Assembly (NCBI RefSeq): GCF_001194135.2
Contig: NC_068988.1
Location: 37,483,995-37,518,520 of the forward strand
Direction: 5' to 3'
Source of the DNA: Octopus bimaculoides
Lineage: Eukaryota
Length of the DNA stretch: 34,526 nt
Of this stretch, positions 34,477 through 34,526 are shown one piece after another (position 1 is the stretch's first letter; each line of letters opens with the position of its first letter). The position numbers and the translations under genes are program-made. The notes under the pieces were generated by a model. That model was not told the DNA's origin and ran no database searches. It saw only the letters and a list, made by a program, of their open reading frames with translations.

Positions 34477-34526
<50 letters not shown>
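34477..34526. repeat. (TA)n microsatellite
   Basis: Direct reading of sequence. Confidence 0.95.

Overview
AT-rich eukaryotic (animal) genomic DNA with two assembly gaps (14883-15442, 18819-18946) and many microsatellites. The SINE repertoire looks to me like Octopus/cephalopod (recognition from memory, not a database result). I can support one host gene: an ANL-superfamily adenylate-forming enzyme (acyl-CoA synthetase/luciferase-like). It has two coding exons, 9532-9677 (missed by the ORF track) and 12414-13899, giving 543 aa. Most of the rest is transposon debris: a Ty3/Gypsy pol relic, two RTE LINE relics, several Penelope-like element (PLE) fragments, a mariner inside the gene's intron, a Buster/Charlie-type hAT, a MITE-like element, several SINE families, and four R4/Dong-type LINE fragments. 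Three of the R4/Dong fragments form a head-to-tail array at 26.5-33.9 kb associated with (AAT)n tracts. Best leads: (1) the intron-poor ANL enzyme with altered A4/A7/A8/A10 motifs; (2) a well-formed type I hammerhead ribozyme with a non-canonical CCGACGA core at 16522-16574 (-), plus a second degenerate one; (3) a ~550-bp non-coding, tRNA-head-less element tied to (AAT)n that may be a non-autonomous partner of the Dong/R4 LINEs. Most TE boundaries are hand-placed and approximate.
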